DNA of 64,000 bases. It comes from Monocercomonoides exilis PA203 (Eukaryota; Protista; Preaxostyla). Shown here in pieces: positions 1 to 12,928 of this stretch. The notes beneath the pieces were generated by a model, which was not told the DNA's origin, did not search any database, and saw only the letters and a program-made list of their open reading frames with translations. Both the position numbers and the translations under genes were made by a program. The stretch covers positions 1-64,000 of the forward strand of contig LSRY02000018.1 in the NCBI GenBank assembly GCA_001643675.2. The letters are read 5' to 3'. The first letter of the stretch is position 1, and every line of letters starts with the position of its first letter.

Positions 1-531
1 TTCTGTTCAACGCATCCGAATGAGGATCACTGATGAGAGAAATATTTGTATCGTTTATTCTGATTTGAACTTCTTCTGTTTTCCTGTATTTTTTCCTTGA
101 ATAATGACATTTCTTGTTTATCAGTTCTGACAAAAAAATATTCACAATATCGTCTTCAAATTTTGCATTGATATGTTCAGCAGTTTCAAGCCCCAATTCT
201 TGTACAAATGTTTACGATCCTATCAGTCAATTCTTAACAAACTTCTTCAAGAACATTTCCGAAATGTCAGTTTCCCTAATGGCACAGTTTCTTTGAATAT
301 GAATGCATGAATATGATTGAACTTCAAATTTCTGTCTGAGTGAAGAAATTTTATTTTTATCTTTATGAATATAATAGAATGAACGACAAAATAACATGTC
401 AAGAAAATTGTGTTATTATCAAAGATCATGGCAATTTGGGCATGAATTGTTTTTGTTTTGTTCAGCACAACTTGATCAAAAATACAAATTAGAATAGGAA
501 AATAAAGTTTTTTGGATCGCGCAAAATGCAC
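1..531 (-). pseudogene. Partial gene of unknown function (runs off window), with in-frame stops
   Basis: Minus frame reads IQRNCAIRETDISEMFLKKFVKN*LIGS*TFVQELGLETAEHINAKFEDDIVNIFLSELINKK...; TGA at 229-227 and TAA at 214-212 without frame change. Divergent from the gene at 734. Confidence 0.45.
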
Positions 532-733
532 AAGTTATTTGTATATTTCTGATCAAAAATCACTTAAAAATATTTTTTCCTATTTTCATTTTCTATTCAT
601 CTTAGTGAAAGAGGTTAAGAACAGCTCTGAATTCATTATTTGAAATTTCATAATTTTGTATTTTCATTATTTTTAACTATCTTCAATCAATATTTATTTC
701 TTGCTGATAAAATTGAAGAAAAGATATTTTTCT

Positions 734-3700
734 ATGTTCAATATTGGAAGAAAACATCATGGAATGAGTAGGAAGTCAATTAAAGCAGACGTTGACAGCA
801 TCGAAGAATTGCTTCGTAATATGCCATATGATAGAGCCTTGCTTGTGTTTACGAAGTTCGTGAATGAAAACGATTTAGGCAAATTGCTTTGTTTTGATTG
901 CATGAAATCACCTCTTTGTTTGTTTTTTTATTGTAATGATTCTAAATTTTTTTTCATCATTTTCCTTTGCGAGAACATTTTTTTCCTTATTTATAAATTT
1001 ATCTTTCTTTCGAAAACTTCTTTGAAGCACCTCTCACGTGTCTTGTGAAAGAATTGAAGTTTGCGTTCAATGATGCTTCTGCTCCCATCAAGAATAAGAT
1101 GATTATTGCATTAACAGAAAATTATACACAAAAGGAATTACGAAATGAACACGGATACAATATAGAAATATCCTTATATGATGATGCTAATTGGATTCAA
1201 CAAAGAAAAAGGAAACTGCTTCCGAAAGAAAATACATTTTGAAGAAGTGAAATAAATGAAGATTTCAGTAAGGAATTCTTGCTCAGTTTTGATGAAGAAA
1301 GCGACACATCATCGAGCAGGAGATATGACGAAGAAGATAAAAGAAAAGAAACATTTTCATTTTACCCTCTTCATGTTCAGTCTTCTTCTTCATCGTTGAC
1401 TTCATTTCCTTCTCCTTTCTCATCTCCGCCTTCCATCTCACCTGACTCTCCTTTCAACACATTTCCTTTATCCTCATTCGTTCCTTTTTCTTCAGAAAAA
1501 ATTTCTTCATCTTTAGCTCATTCTTCATCAAGTGCTTCTCTTCCTTTACCATCCACTTCAACACTTTTTCATGAGCCTTCTCTAACAGAGAAAAAACGCA
1601 ACAAATTGCCTGAAAATATTACTTCAAAAAATATTTCGATTCCTTCTTTTTCTGTTCCAGTCTCATCAGTTGCATCTCCACTGGGAAATACATCAACAAT
1701 CTCATTTTCTTCAATCACTTCGAGTTCTTCATTCATTCATTCAACATTGCCACAATTGAAGAATAATACTGATCAATCAATGATGTCAAAGTTTCCGTCA
1801 TCATCAAATGATAATAACTCTTCGGCTTCAAATCCTTCTCAGCCATTGTTATCTTCTTCATTGCATTGCTCCTCTTCTTCTTCCTCACCCAACTCCTTCA
1901 CCAACATCTCCTCTTTCCCCATCATTTCCGTACCCGATGTCTCTTCTCCACCATCTTCATCCCCTTTCCCCGCATCCCTTGAACGCAATTCATCTTCTTC
2001 CTCTTCTTCTTCTTCACTTGGAACACCACTTATCTTCTCCTCATCATTATCTGCTTCAGTTGATCGCTCATTTCCTCCGCCTAACGTGAGCAATATTAAC
2101 TCTGAAGATGATCTTTCCAATGTATCATATCATTCTCATGCGAACACTTCTTCATTGAAAAATGAGATCAATTCTACTTGCTCCTCATCCTCTCCTTTTG
2201 CATCAGCTTCCTCAGCAACAACAACTTCAGCTCAGCCTTCTTCTCTGTCTCCTTCCTCATCACCGGCTGCAGAAGATGTTTCAACTTCAACTTCTATCCA
2301 AGCATTATCAACTTCTGCACTTCCTCCTTTGCCTCTGTTATCATCATCTTCCTCTTCCTCTTCCTCATTATCCTTTTCTTCCTCTTCTTCTTCTTCTCCT
2401 CCTCCTTCTTTTAATTCTATTACTAATTATTCATTTATCACTTCATCATCTTCTTCTGTATCCTCCTCCTCCTCTTCTTGTTCCCCTTCACCTTCCTCTT
2501 CTTCATTGTAACTTCACTAAACTTTACCATCCACACAAAAAGATCTTATTTCTTCATCTTTTTTCTCTTCTTCTTCTGAACCGCCTCACACTTCTTCATC
2601 ATCTTCCTCTTTTTCTTCCTCTTCCTCTCCCTCTCCCTCTTCCTCTTCCTCTTCCTCTTCCTCTTCCTCTTCCTCTTCCTCTTCCTCTTCCTCTTCCTTT
2701 TCCTCTTCCTCTTCCTCTTCCTCTTCCTCTTCCTCTTCCTCTTCCTCTTCCTCTCCCTCTCCCTCTCCCTCTTCCTCTTCCTCTTCCTCTTCCTCTTCCT
2801 CTTCCTCTTCCTCTTCCTCATCTCCCTCATCTCCCTCATCTCCCTCCCCTCCCTCCTCTCCCTTTTCAGCAACTGAAGACGGTTCATTTCATTTATCAGA
2901 ATGTTCTATGAAGACTCCATTCCAAAATGAAAAATCCACAAGAACCTCTCAAACAGTAATTCAAGAATCACTTTTTGCGTTCTCTTCTTCCCCAACTTCA
3001 GTAGCATTCACAGCATCTTCTCCTTTTGATTCAAATTCTTCATCACCTTCAGGAAACTCACCACAATCATCACTACTGTTTTTAAACGCGAAAAATTCAA
3101 CATCTTACGCATATCATAATTTTTCTTTGTCCTCTCTGCAGAATTCTCCATCATTTGCTCCAGAACAATCATCTTTCTCACAACCACCAACTGTCCCAAT
3201 AGAAAAGACAATTTCTCCATCTTCTTCAATTGATAGAATAGTTGATTATCTTAATAATTTTCATTTTGAAGCTGAAGAAAATATTGAAAAAAGAAAGAAA
3301 GATTCAAACGAACTATTAAAACCTTTTTTCATATACACTCAAACTGGATGATGAAATCGAAGAGAAATCACGTTCATGTGTGTTGCAACAATTGGAGTCG
3401 AAAAGAGGGCTTGTGAACACAGGAAGTGTCTGTTCATTATCTTCTGTTTGTCAATGTTTCGCTGCACTTGACATTAACAGCAATCAAGTTGCAATGATGA
3501 ACGATGAACAAGCAGAGTTCATTCAATTATTCGAAATGCTCCGGAAGTCAAAAAAGAACAGCAAAGTTTGGAATGGAACAGCTATATGGAACTTTTACGA
3601 ATTGAAAATAGGACCAAGAAATGTGGCACAAAAACTGACTGATGTTTTTGATCAAATGTTGGATATGTTGTCTGAAAAAAAGAATAAAATCTATCATATG

Positions 3701-4330
3701 TTTTCAATCTTCAGCCAAAACGTTCGTAAATGCATTCATTGTGAAAATTTCTTAGTCTCGAATCGTGAAACGAGGTATTATTTCACAATAAATGGATCTG
3801 ACATTATCGGAGGCCTGTAAAAATTACTAAAAAACATTAATCTTATCACAGAACAACGAAATCGAAGGTGTAATAGGTGTGAAACGGACAAACCCTGTAT
3901 TCCTTTCGTGCGTTTTGTATCATTTCCAGATATTCTTACAATTAATCATAATGTCAATGAATCTTTCAGGGTTGTCGCACCTCCAAAATCGATTGTGTTT
4001 GTTGAAAAGGGACCGGGACCGAATGACATGGAAATAAAAAACCCATTTAAGTTCAAGGAAGAAAGGGATCTGATTTTGAAGGATATTGAGCGATCTATCG
4101 TTTATGATTTGGTTGGTTGCATAATTCACTCAACAGCAATATACGAGCAAGGTCATTTTATTGCGATTGTCAAAAAGGATGTGAATAGACCGTCATATTC
4201 TTCAATTTTTTTGGAGTGCAATGATAATAGCGTGTCAGAAATAATTCCAGACAAATGGGAGGAATACTGGATTTTAATGTCACAAGAAAATTGGAAACCT
4301 TAACTTTCTTTTTATAATAAAGTCATGTGA
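734..4330 (+). pseudogene. Disrupted USP-family (peptidase C19-like) ubiquitin-specific protease with long Ser-rich region
   Basis: ATG 734, intron ending at 1027. One frame 1030-~3320 with stops at 1240 (TGA), 2509 and 2518 (TAA), then a frameshift near 3320. Cys box GLVNTGSVCSLSSVCQCF, CxxC pairs CIHC/CNRC, FPDILTI, His box YDLVGCIIH...GHFIAIVK, CNDNSV, terminal P*LSFY. TAA at 3818 and 4301; final TGA 4328-4330. Confidence 0.75.
2600..2860 (+). repeat. (TCTTCC)n hexamer microsatellite encoding poly-Ser in the USP-like gene frame
   Basis: Long tcttcc/tctccc run visible in sequence. Confidence 0.9.
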
Positions 4331-4947
4331 CATATTTCACACTTCAAATTTTTTGCTAATGCTTGTTTTTTCTCACTTCAGTTTTTGTAACAAAAATTAA
4401 TAAAAAAAAAAAAAAGAAATAGAAAAAAAGAAATTCATTTGAATCATTCGATAAAAATAACAAAAAGTTAATTATTAAATAATTAAAAATAAATAAAAAA
4501 AAACAAAAAAAAATAAAATTAAATAGAATATTCAAAATTAATGATCTTAAAAAAACCAAATTATTTGTGCATTTTGGTCAACATTGAAAGTCGCATATTC
4601 TATGCTTAATGAGCTGATAGTTTAATATAATGATGTTTTGAGCAAAAATTTGAAATGCCAAAAACGCCATGATCTTTTCAATTAATAAATTTTTTTGAAA
4701 AAATATAAGATAAATCAATTTTCAAATATTTCGTTCAGTTGATGATAATTGCCTTTGTAATTTAATGTGAAAGAAATGCTATTGAATTGCCAATAATCTT
4801 CGCAAGCGTCATCTTCGTATTCTTCTTTTTCCTTTCGATTTATTATTTTTTAATTTTTTCCCGCAATTTTCGTCATGGTTGTAATAATGTCTTTTTTGTA
4901 TAAGTTTCATTTGTTGCATAATAGTGTTATCATCTTCTCAACAGGAG

Positions 4948-6390
4948 ATGAGCGGAAGATGGAGCTGCTTGAATAGATCAAAACCAAAGACACGAGCTAA
5001 TCGAACAGCAGTTCATCGGAACTCGTGAATTTGATATTATGTTTGAAACAGGTTCTTCCAGAGATTCATGCTCTGAGGGTCCTGAAGAAAGGAAAGAAGA
5101 GGGGCAAGAGGAAGGCAATGGAACAGGTTTGGGAAAACGAGGAAGTGGAAGGAGCAACAGAAAAAGAGATTGAGAACGAAAAAGAGGGGCAGAAAAAAAA
5201 GAAAAGAAAAGAAAAGAAACAGAAACAGAAAAATTTCACAAAGGCACAGATGGTTGAGGAGTCTAAATGGAAGGATGAAGCAAAAGGATTTATCATTAAT
5301 TCCAGTCACAAATCTTATTCAGCTGAAGTAGATGCGATTTGAGGAAACAAAGAACAAAAACTTGGACAAGATCTGCCATCTGCAATCGCTCCTGAAGGAG
5401 AAGAAGAATGAGGAACAAGGAATAAGAGTCCTGAGGAAAGGAGGAGAGGAATGGCGTCAAGAGTGTCTGTGGTTTAAAGGATGTTTGACAAGCGGGACGA
5501 GGCAGATGACAAAGAGGAGAAGGTCAACATCTTCCATATGCACTTTATGCGAAGAATACTCAGCATGTTAACTGCGATTTCTCTTCTCTTGTGCTTGCCC
5601 CACAGCCTTCGTCCGATCCACAGCACGCTATGAATTTGTTCCAGAGGCAACAGCAGCAAGAGCAGGAGCGGACCGCTGAGATTCCTCAGGTTAGCAGCGA
5701 TTGCGCGCTGTATATTTTGTGTGCGGTGCGGTACGTGGACACGAACCTCTTCTATGTGCTAAACGAGAACTGGATTGTTTATGACGGCAGACTCTCTGTC
5801 GATGAGAAGTGGGCGACGAACGACCTGCTCATTTTAGGTGCGGACCACCTTGCAAAGTTCTTAAACCTGCACTGTTATCCGCGCAGCCTGGGAGGATACA
5901 ACAGAAGAGAATGTGTAAGCTTCGTGAGGTTATATTTGAGTCACAACACGCAGACCAGTTACTGATGAATGTGGAAGAAGCAGCAAAGGAAGAGGGGGAA
6001 ATGGAAACATCAGTGGGATCAATTTGTCTGCGTTGGATTCTTCGCTGTTTGTGTCAAATGGGGCAGAAACGCTGACAAAAAAGAATGTCATACGGCCAAA
6101 GAAGATTGCGATCAAAAAAAAGACATAATTTATATCATTGGAGGAGTTTGGAGAAGAGTCGAAGTTGAGCGAGCGCAGAGCAGCAAGCTTTGCAAGAACA
6201 GCAAGTGAATACAGCAATAATCGCGGAAATTGAGTTTTTCCATTCAATGTTGCCAGATTTCTCGAAGAAGAGATAAGTCAGGAAAGCGGAGATGGTGAAG
6301 GAGGTTGAGGAGATTCTTAACTCAGCGAGAGAAAAGAAAAGAGTTCCAGACGGATCTGCTTTTGCAATGGAGAAGATATGAAGCGATGAG
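4948..6390 (+). pseudogene. Heavily decayed gene fragment, function unknown
   Basis: Raised GC and charged coding-like segments broken by stops and frameshifts (MELLE*IKTKDTS*SNSSSSEL; ORFs 5025-5342, 5591-5965, 5969-6208). Confidence 0.5.
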
Positions 6391-6500
6391 GTGTGAGTTG
6401 AAATTTTCCTTTTATTATAACAAAGAATTATTATGTATTTATTTTTAAATATATTTTTTTCAATTTTTGAAATTTTCAGAACTTTTTTCCATCATTTGTT

Positions 6501-9500
6501 ATGAACTTCATCTTTTTTATGTGTGTTGACAGCAACGTCCATTTTGTGAATGTGCTTATTTTCAATCTTCATCGATTTTTTTGTTTGGGCCACCTCTGCA
6601 TGAAAATCACCGATTCATTCAATCTTTCCAGTCAGATTGGACTCATTCAAACAATTGCTAATAAGCTCTGTACAAGATACGATGAAGGTGCTATTCCTGA
6701 CTTGATAATGTTTGTCATATTTTTATCTTATTGTTATTATTGTTTTTATCATATTTCTTGTTTTTCTATTTTAAACTTTTTCAAACTCTTATTTTAATTT
6801 TTTTCTATTAATTGATACGTAAACATATGAACAACCTCTTTTCATGTTTTTTATACAGCTTCTTTTTCTTTGATTGGGCGACGCGTCTCTTCCACAGTCG
6901 CTTCACATCATTTCTATCATCATTGGAGTCAGAGCTGATGAAAAAGACTGAACCGGGAACCCTCTTCTGTTCATTTGGCTTCTACTATTGTCATTGTGTT
7001 GCAGCTGACTGTTCATTCCACATGAAACCAGACTTCCTCTTCTCACAGACCACTAAACATTTCTTCTCTTCGTCATCAATGCCTTCTTCTTCTTCTTCCT
7101 TCTCAAATCAGTCATACACAAGCAGCTTTGTTGTTTCCATGATCGAGTAAGTCATGTGCGCTTCTCAAAAAGCAGGAATTATCTCCTCTTTCCAATAAAA
7201 GTTCTCCTCTTTCAATGTCACTCCTTATCTTCTGTGAATGACACTTCATTCAAACACCACAGATCTCCTTCTCCTCCTCTCTTCTTTCTCACTTTGCCTC
7301 AAAAAAATGATTTCAGCTTCCGCCAAATGCTCTCTTTCCTCAAATATCCTCAATAGATAGAACATCTTTTTTGTGAAACATCACAAGCACAAATGAAGCT
7401 ACCACGAGCCATCAATATGTGGATTTTTGCAGATCTTCAACATCTTCCAACTCATCCCAACGTTCTTCTTTTTTACAAGAACCTCCTTCCACCAAAAGAA
7501 CATCAATGAACTGATCGCTCAATTCTTCCCATCGTATTCATATGTTTTCACGCCTGAAGCGCATTCCTTAATCAATAACGTCGTCTCTTCCTTCCTCTCT
7601 CCAAACTTTGCACCACCGCTGCTGGGCGTTTCAAGCACAGGTATTTATTAACAAAAAGACAATAGACAGAAAAATGGAGTCTTTTGTATCATTTATTTTA
7701 TATAGCTAACAGCAGCGTCGGATGATGAGTTGAAGAAATTATTGTTCCCATATAAGATATTCATTAATGAAATGGAGGTTATTTAGAGAAAGAAGGAGGA
7801 AGAGAGAAGGAGAGAGAAAAAGTGAAAAAGAAGGAAGAGAAATTGAAAAGACTGAAGATGAAGACAAAGAGATGTGGAGCAATGCAGATGAAATATCAAC
7901 ACTTTCTTCTTCAGCCTCTTCTTCTACGCCAAATTCTGTTCTGAAGCTGTTCTTGCATCAAATCATCGCTTCTGCCACTCCTTAGCTCCAATCAGCGAAA
8001 ACGAGAGCCTTCGGCATTTGGTTTCAGATTATTCCAATGACAGACGATTTGACAGAAGAATGTGTGTTTCCGGTGTGCGAATGTTTATGAGATAGAAACA
8101 GACAAATGAAGTAGAACAGGCATAGTCATAGAAATAAGCGTTATCATTGACATCAATACGGAAATCATCATCATCATCATCATATTTTTCTTCATCTTCC
8201 TCTTCATCCGTACAGTCAGAAGTGAATTCATCACAAGAAATAGCAGAAAAAGCAGAAATTGATGAAATCATCGAAGAATTCAAAAGAATACATGCGCCGC
8301 GTCTGCATCTTCCTGTGAACCTTCCGCCACAAGAAGCAACTCTGCAGAATCCATCTTATGTGCCTCGAAGACAAAGACAGAGAAAAAGCAATCAAAATTC
8401 AACACAAACCTTTTTGACACATTCAATTGCTGGTGTTGGCACAGGAACAGGCACATCTCCTTCTTCATTGTCCAATGAATCTTTTCTTTCTCTTCCTCAA
8501 TCATCTCATTCAACTTCTTCTTCCTCCTCTTCATCTTCCTCATCTTCTCCAGCAGTAACTGACCTCTCTCTCCATCCAAAACCACCTCATCGTTCTGAAA
8601 TTGCTATGGCTCGCCGCATAAGAGCAATGCATCCACTCCTCCGCCGACGCTATCTCAACCGCTGTGCACAAGTGGCTGCTGCTGCTGGTGCTTCACGTTG
8701 TTCTTCTTCTTCCTCTTCTTCCTCCTCCTCCTCTTCTTCTTCCTCGTTGCTTCGCTCTTCTAGAAACAGATTTCTGACAAGCGAAGAGCAGCAGATAAGG
8801 AGGATGAGGCAGCAGTTCGGAAGAAGAAGGAAAATGCAATATTTTGTTTTCCCACCAGATGTGTTTGAGGCGCTGCCGCTGTTTGCAGAGTTTCGGATGG
8901 TGGAGCGATATGCGGAGAATCTGGAGAAGAGGAAAAGAGAAAGAGAGAGAGAGCGAAGGAACGAGAGAAGAGAGGAGAGAAGAATAAGAGAAATGAATCA
9001 AATGAGGAAGGCATTGAAATCCACAAATGACAGAGATAACAATGATGATGAAAAAGAAAATAAAGTGAAAGCAAAAGAAAACGAGAATTATTCACTGATC
9101 AGAAGAAATTCTTTAAAGGAACCGAAGTAAAATGAAGAAAGCGAATGCCTTTACGACAGCTCCATCATCAGTGATGAAGAAGAGAGAAGAGAGAAGAGGT
9201 ACAAACGGAGAGAGAAACAGAGGTTGATGCGAAGGTATTATCAGGCGCTTGAGCATCAACGTGATTCTGTTGTGAACGAAGTGCTTTTGATGGTCAGACC
9301 AAACTTGCTGCTTTCTCCGACGCCGATTGATGAATCTATAAAAAGATCAGGAATGAGTGGGAATGCTGCAAAAAATGAAGGAGATGATAAAGAATGTGAG
9401 AAAGAAGAGAAAGAAGCAACAAATTCTGGAAATGGAAATGGAAACAGGGAAGAAGTTGAAGGCGATGAAGATTGCACGAAAGATGAGGAGGAGAAAGAAG

Positions 9501-11700
9501 AAAATGATGATTCAAACAACGACGAAAACGAAGAAGTGATTTTGGAGGATTCAATGAACATCCCCAAAGAAGCTGCTTCAAAAGCAAAGACAATAAAAAA
9601 GAAGCAGAAAAGAATACAAACGCAAAAGAATCAATAAGAAACGGCAAAAAAGACGAAACGCATTCAGATGAGCCAAAACCAGAGCCTTTTTCATAACAAT
9701 CCAAGCAAAAACAGAAGCAGCAGCAGTAACAGAACAACAATTCCGTCTCCAACGCTATCACATTCTCCACAGCCTAAACAATATTCTTCCGGAGGAGGTG
9801 ACTTTGGAACGATTCACTTTCCTCGAAGAAAGCGAATGAACTGTGGATGGAGAGGGGTTGGAAGGAGGGAGTTGATTGTGAACAGCAAAAAGATGTATAT
9901 GGGGATTGGAGTGAAAGGTGCATTAACGATATCTCTGTCACCTGCTGTTGGAGGTGGAGGAGAAGGGGTGACGTTGGCTGTGATTGGAATGAAGGATTTG
10001 AACAAAGAAGTGACAAGGGCGATGCAAGATGAGTTTCAGAATGAGAAAGGGAAGGTGGACGATGAAGAAGCGAAGATCATATTTTGTTCATTGGAATCTG
10101 ATGATCAGAGAGAAAAACTGCTTCGACTGATGAAACTGAAGGAAATACAAAAGAAGAAAGAAGAGCGGGAGCGCAGGAAAATGGAGAAAGAAGTAAAAGA
10201 GAAGAATCTGTTTAGCAGCATCCAAGGAATACTACAACCACACCTTGAGACAGGCACGCCAACCAACCAGAAAGAGAGCAAAATGACAAGCGATGTGCAG
10301 CAAGAGGCGAAAGAAAGTCAAACGCCAATTTTGACAAGAGAGCGGAAATTGGACTGCATGCTGAATGACCTCGCAAATTCTGACCTGGAAGATTTGAGCG
10401 ATGAACTGGATGTGCCCTACCGTTATGTGCGTATCAAAAGCGAGGAAAATGGGCAATTTGTGTGGAAGATGCGAAAAGAGCCTGTGTATGCAGCAGTCGA
10501 CGCGAGGCAGACAAGAACGCGGTTGGATCTGATGAGTGCGCTGAAGAGTGGGCTGTGGCAAAGCCGGGCGGAGCTGAGAAGAGGAAGGAGGATGAAGTGG
10601 AGGGGCTGGTGGACACACAAAGAGGAAGCAGAGGTGACACACAGAAAGGGAAGGAAAGGAGCAGGGAAAGGATCACCTCTGCTGTTTCAGAAGGAGAAAG
10701 GGACAAGAACATTCAGTCTGAGCAGTGTGCCTGGGAAAAGAGATACGTTGTGTTTCTCAAAGTTGGAATCTTTCTTCACATCGCAGAATTCAATGGTGAT
10801 GAATCTGATGCAGAAATACCCTGCCCTCAATTTGGTTGCGCCTTTTGATTCAACTGCAGAATTTGACGCAAATTCAAACATTGCTCTTCATCCTCTTTCT
10901 CACTGAACTTCATCACTTGTCAATTCTTCCTTGTTTATGAACATCCAACAGCAATCTTCTTTTTCTCTCAGAACATCTTTATCTCCTTCACTGCAGTCCC
11001 AAGCTAAACTTCTATCTTCTGCTAGTCTTGCTGATCCTGGTTCTCTTTCTCTGCTATCCCTGCCTTCCGTAACTTCTTCGTCTTCTCTTTCACCATCGTT
11101 ATCTTCTGCTCCTTCTCTTTCATTCAGCTCCCGTCAAATTCATCATCAGGCCTCGTCTTTCATTCCTACTCAGAAAGACGAAAGAAATATTTATTCAGAC
11201 ATAGAATTTCAACCAACCTAACACAGCAACGGAAATGATTCTAAATCCTATCGAGAAAAGCTGATCAAAAGGCATGCAATCTACAAGAAATTCTATTTTG
11301 GCCATTTCGTTTTAAGATTGAAAGAATTCACAGAAAACAGAAGGAGCAGGGCAAAAATGATATTTGGTATGAACGAGTTCCAAAAAATAACCTTCAATTG
11401 ATTTCACAACATCAAAACCACGTGAATTGCAGGAAATGAAAGGATGAGGGAAATTGATTCAGAGGAAAAGGCTTATTTAAAGAGAATTTGGAAAAGGCAG
11501 TTAAGTGAATCGGATACAAGCATGTTGAAATCGGAATGTTGAGGAAATAAATGTTTTTGAAGAAAATTACCAAATATGATTGAAGAAAGGAAAACGGATG
11601 ATTCCATTTAGCAACAAGCGAAATTTGCATTTGATGAAGAAGCGAAATTAGATAAGAAAGCGGAAAAGAAATATTTCTATGTGAGCTGATTTTCGGATCT
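6501..11700 (+). pseudogene. Large low-complexity protein gene with many in-frame stops
   Basis: Two intron-like segments (~6710-6858, ~7641-7705) and frameshifts in the 5' part. ORFs 8147-9130, 9224-9637, 9668-10906 and 10931-11221 share one frame, separated only by single stop codons; the frame stays coding-like from ~7940 to ~11690. Confidence 0.75.
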
Positions 11701-11810
11701 ATGAAAGAAAAGCAAAGATATATTCCTCAAATGAAAATGCGATGAAAGTTCATGAATATTGATATTACATGGAATATATACAAAATAAATGGAAGGAAAT
11801 TATTAGGAAA

Positions 11811-12140
11811 TCAGATAAATTTCATCATCGCCTGTGATTGTGGTGTCAACCGCGCTGAAAGTGAGTGTTTGAAGAGGAACAAATATTGAGGTGAGGAGAG
11901 TGAGAGAGGCATCTTGGAGGAGGGAAATGAAGCAGGTGAGGGCATACTCGATGGTGGCACATGGGGTCTGTTGGGGTCTGCCACAGGCATCAGCATCAGT
12001 TCCACCATTTGCAACGATTTTGTTCTGGGCAATGAGGGGGATCCATCCATTGAACTCAGCTTTTCTAATTTTCCACGATTTCGTTTAACGTTTGATGAAT
12101 CCGATGAATCGAATAAAAGGAATGGAGATTTGTTGGCTAT
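11811..12140 (-). pseudogene. Orphan exon-like fragment (Ser/Pro-rich)
   Basis: GC-richer island with pyrimidine tract and TATAG acceptor on the minus strand, open frame ANKSPFLLFDSS...MMKFI*. No upstream exons recognised. Confidence 0.3.
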
Positions 12141-12523
12141 ACAAAGGTGAGGGGAAAAAAAAAAGAAAATTAACATTTTTTGATCAATAAAAATTAACAA
12201 TTTTGTTTTCTTTTTTTCTTTAAAATTCTTCTTTGTAAACTTTTTCTTTGCAATATTTTGTTTTGCCAATTATGAAATATCTATTTTCCTTTTAAAGATT
12301 GATTTTTCAATTTTTTTATAAAACTTGATCAAAAAATTCTTTTTCACCAAAAACATTAAAAAGGTATGTTTTTTTGCATATAATAATAAAACAAATACAT
12401 ATTACAGAAATAAAAGCTTAATACTTGAAATAAATCAATTTAATTTATTGATCAATAAATACCTCTATAAATTTTATTTTTTCGATTTTTGATCTTTTTT
12501 TATGATATCAAAAAAAATCACCC

Positions 12524-12888
12524 ATATAGGGCAAAATTTTAACAATTATGAAAATAACTGAGATTTGTTCCAAATTATTTCCTCGTTCACATCATAATAA
12601 GTCTTCATTAACAATGCAAAAAACACAAAAAGACTTAAAAATTGAGAAAAAAATTTGAAAATATTACGTGGAACAAAATTCATATATCAAAATATTATGT
12701 CCCATATGGAACGAACTTTTTTGTTTTATGAATTTTGTTCCATTCTTCACTTTCAATCTTTTTTATCATTTTTCAAAAATTTCTTCTTTTTTTAACACGT
12801 GAATGAAAGACTTATAATGATAATGTTGTGGAAAAAGAATGGAACAAATCGTTGTTTTTTTCATAAATGCAAGAATTTTGACACATAT
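12524..12888. mobile_element. Degenerate ~357-bp palindromic element, ATAT at both ends and at the centre
   Basis: Arms 12528-12703 and 12708-12884 are imperfect reverse complements (gatttgttcca/tggaacaaatc; taagtctt-cat/atgaaagactta; tggaacaaaattcata/tatgaattttgttcca). ATAT at 12524, 12704 and 12885. Confidence 0.65.
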
Positions 12889-12891
12889 AAA

Positions 12892-12928
<37 letters not shown>

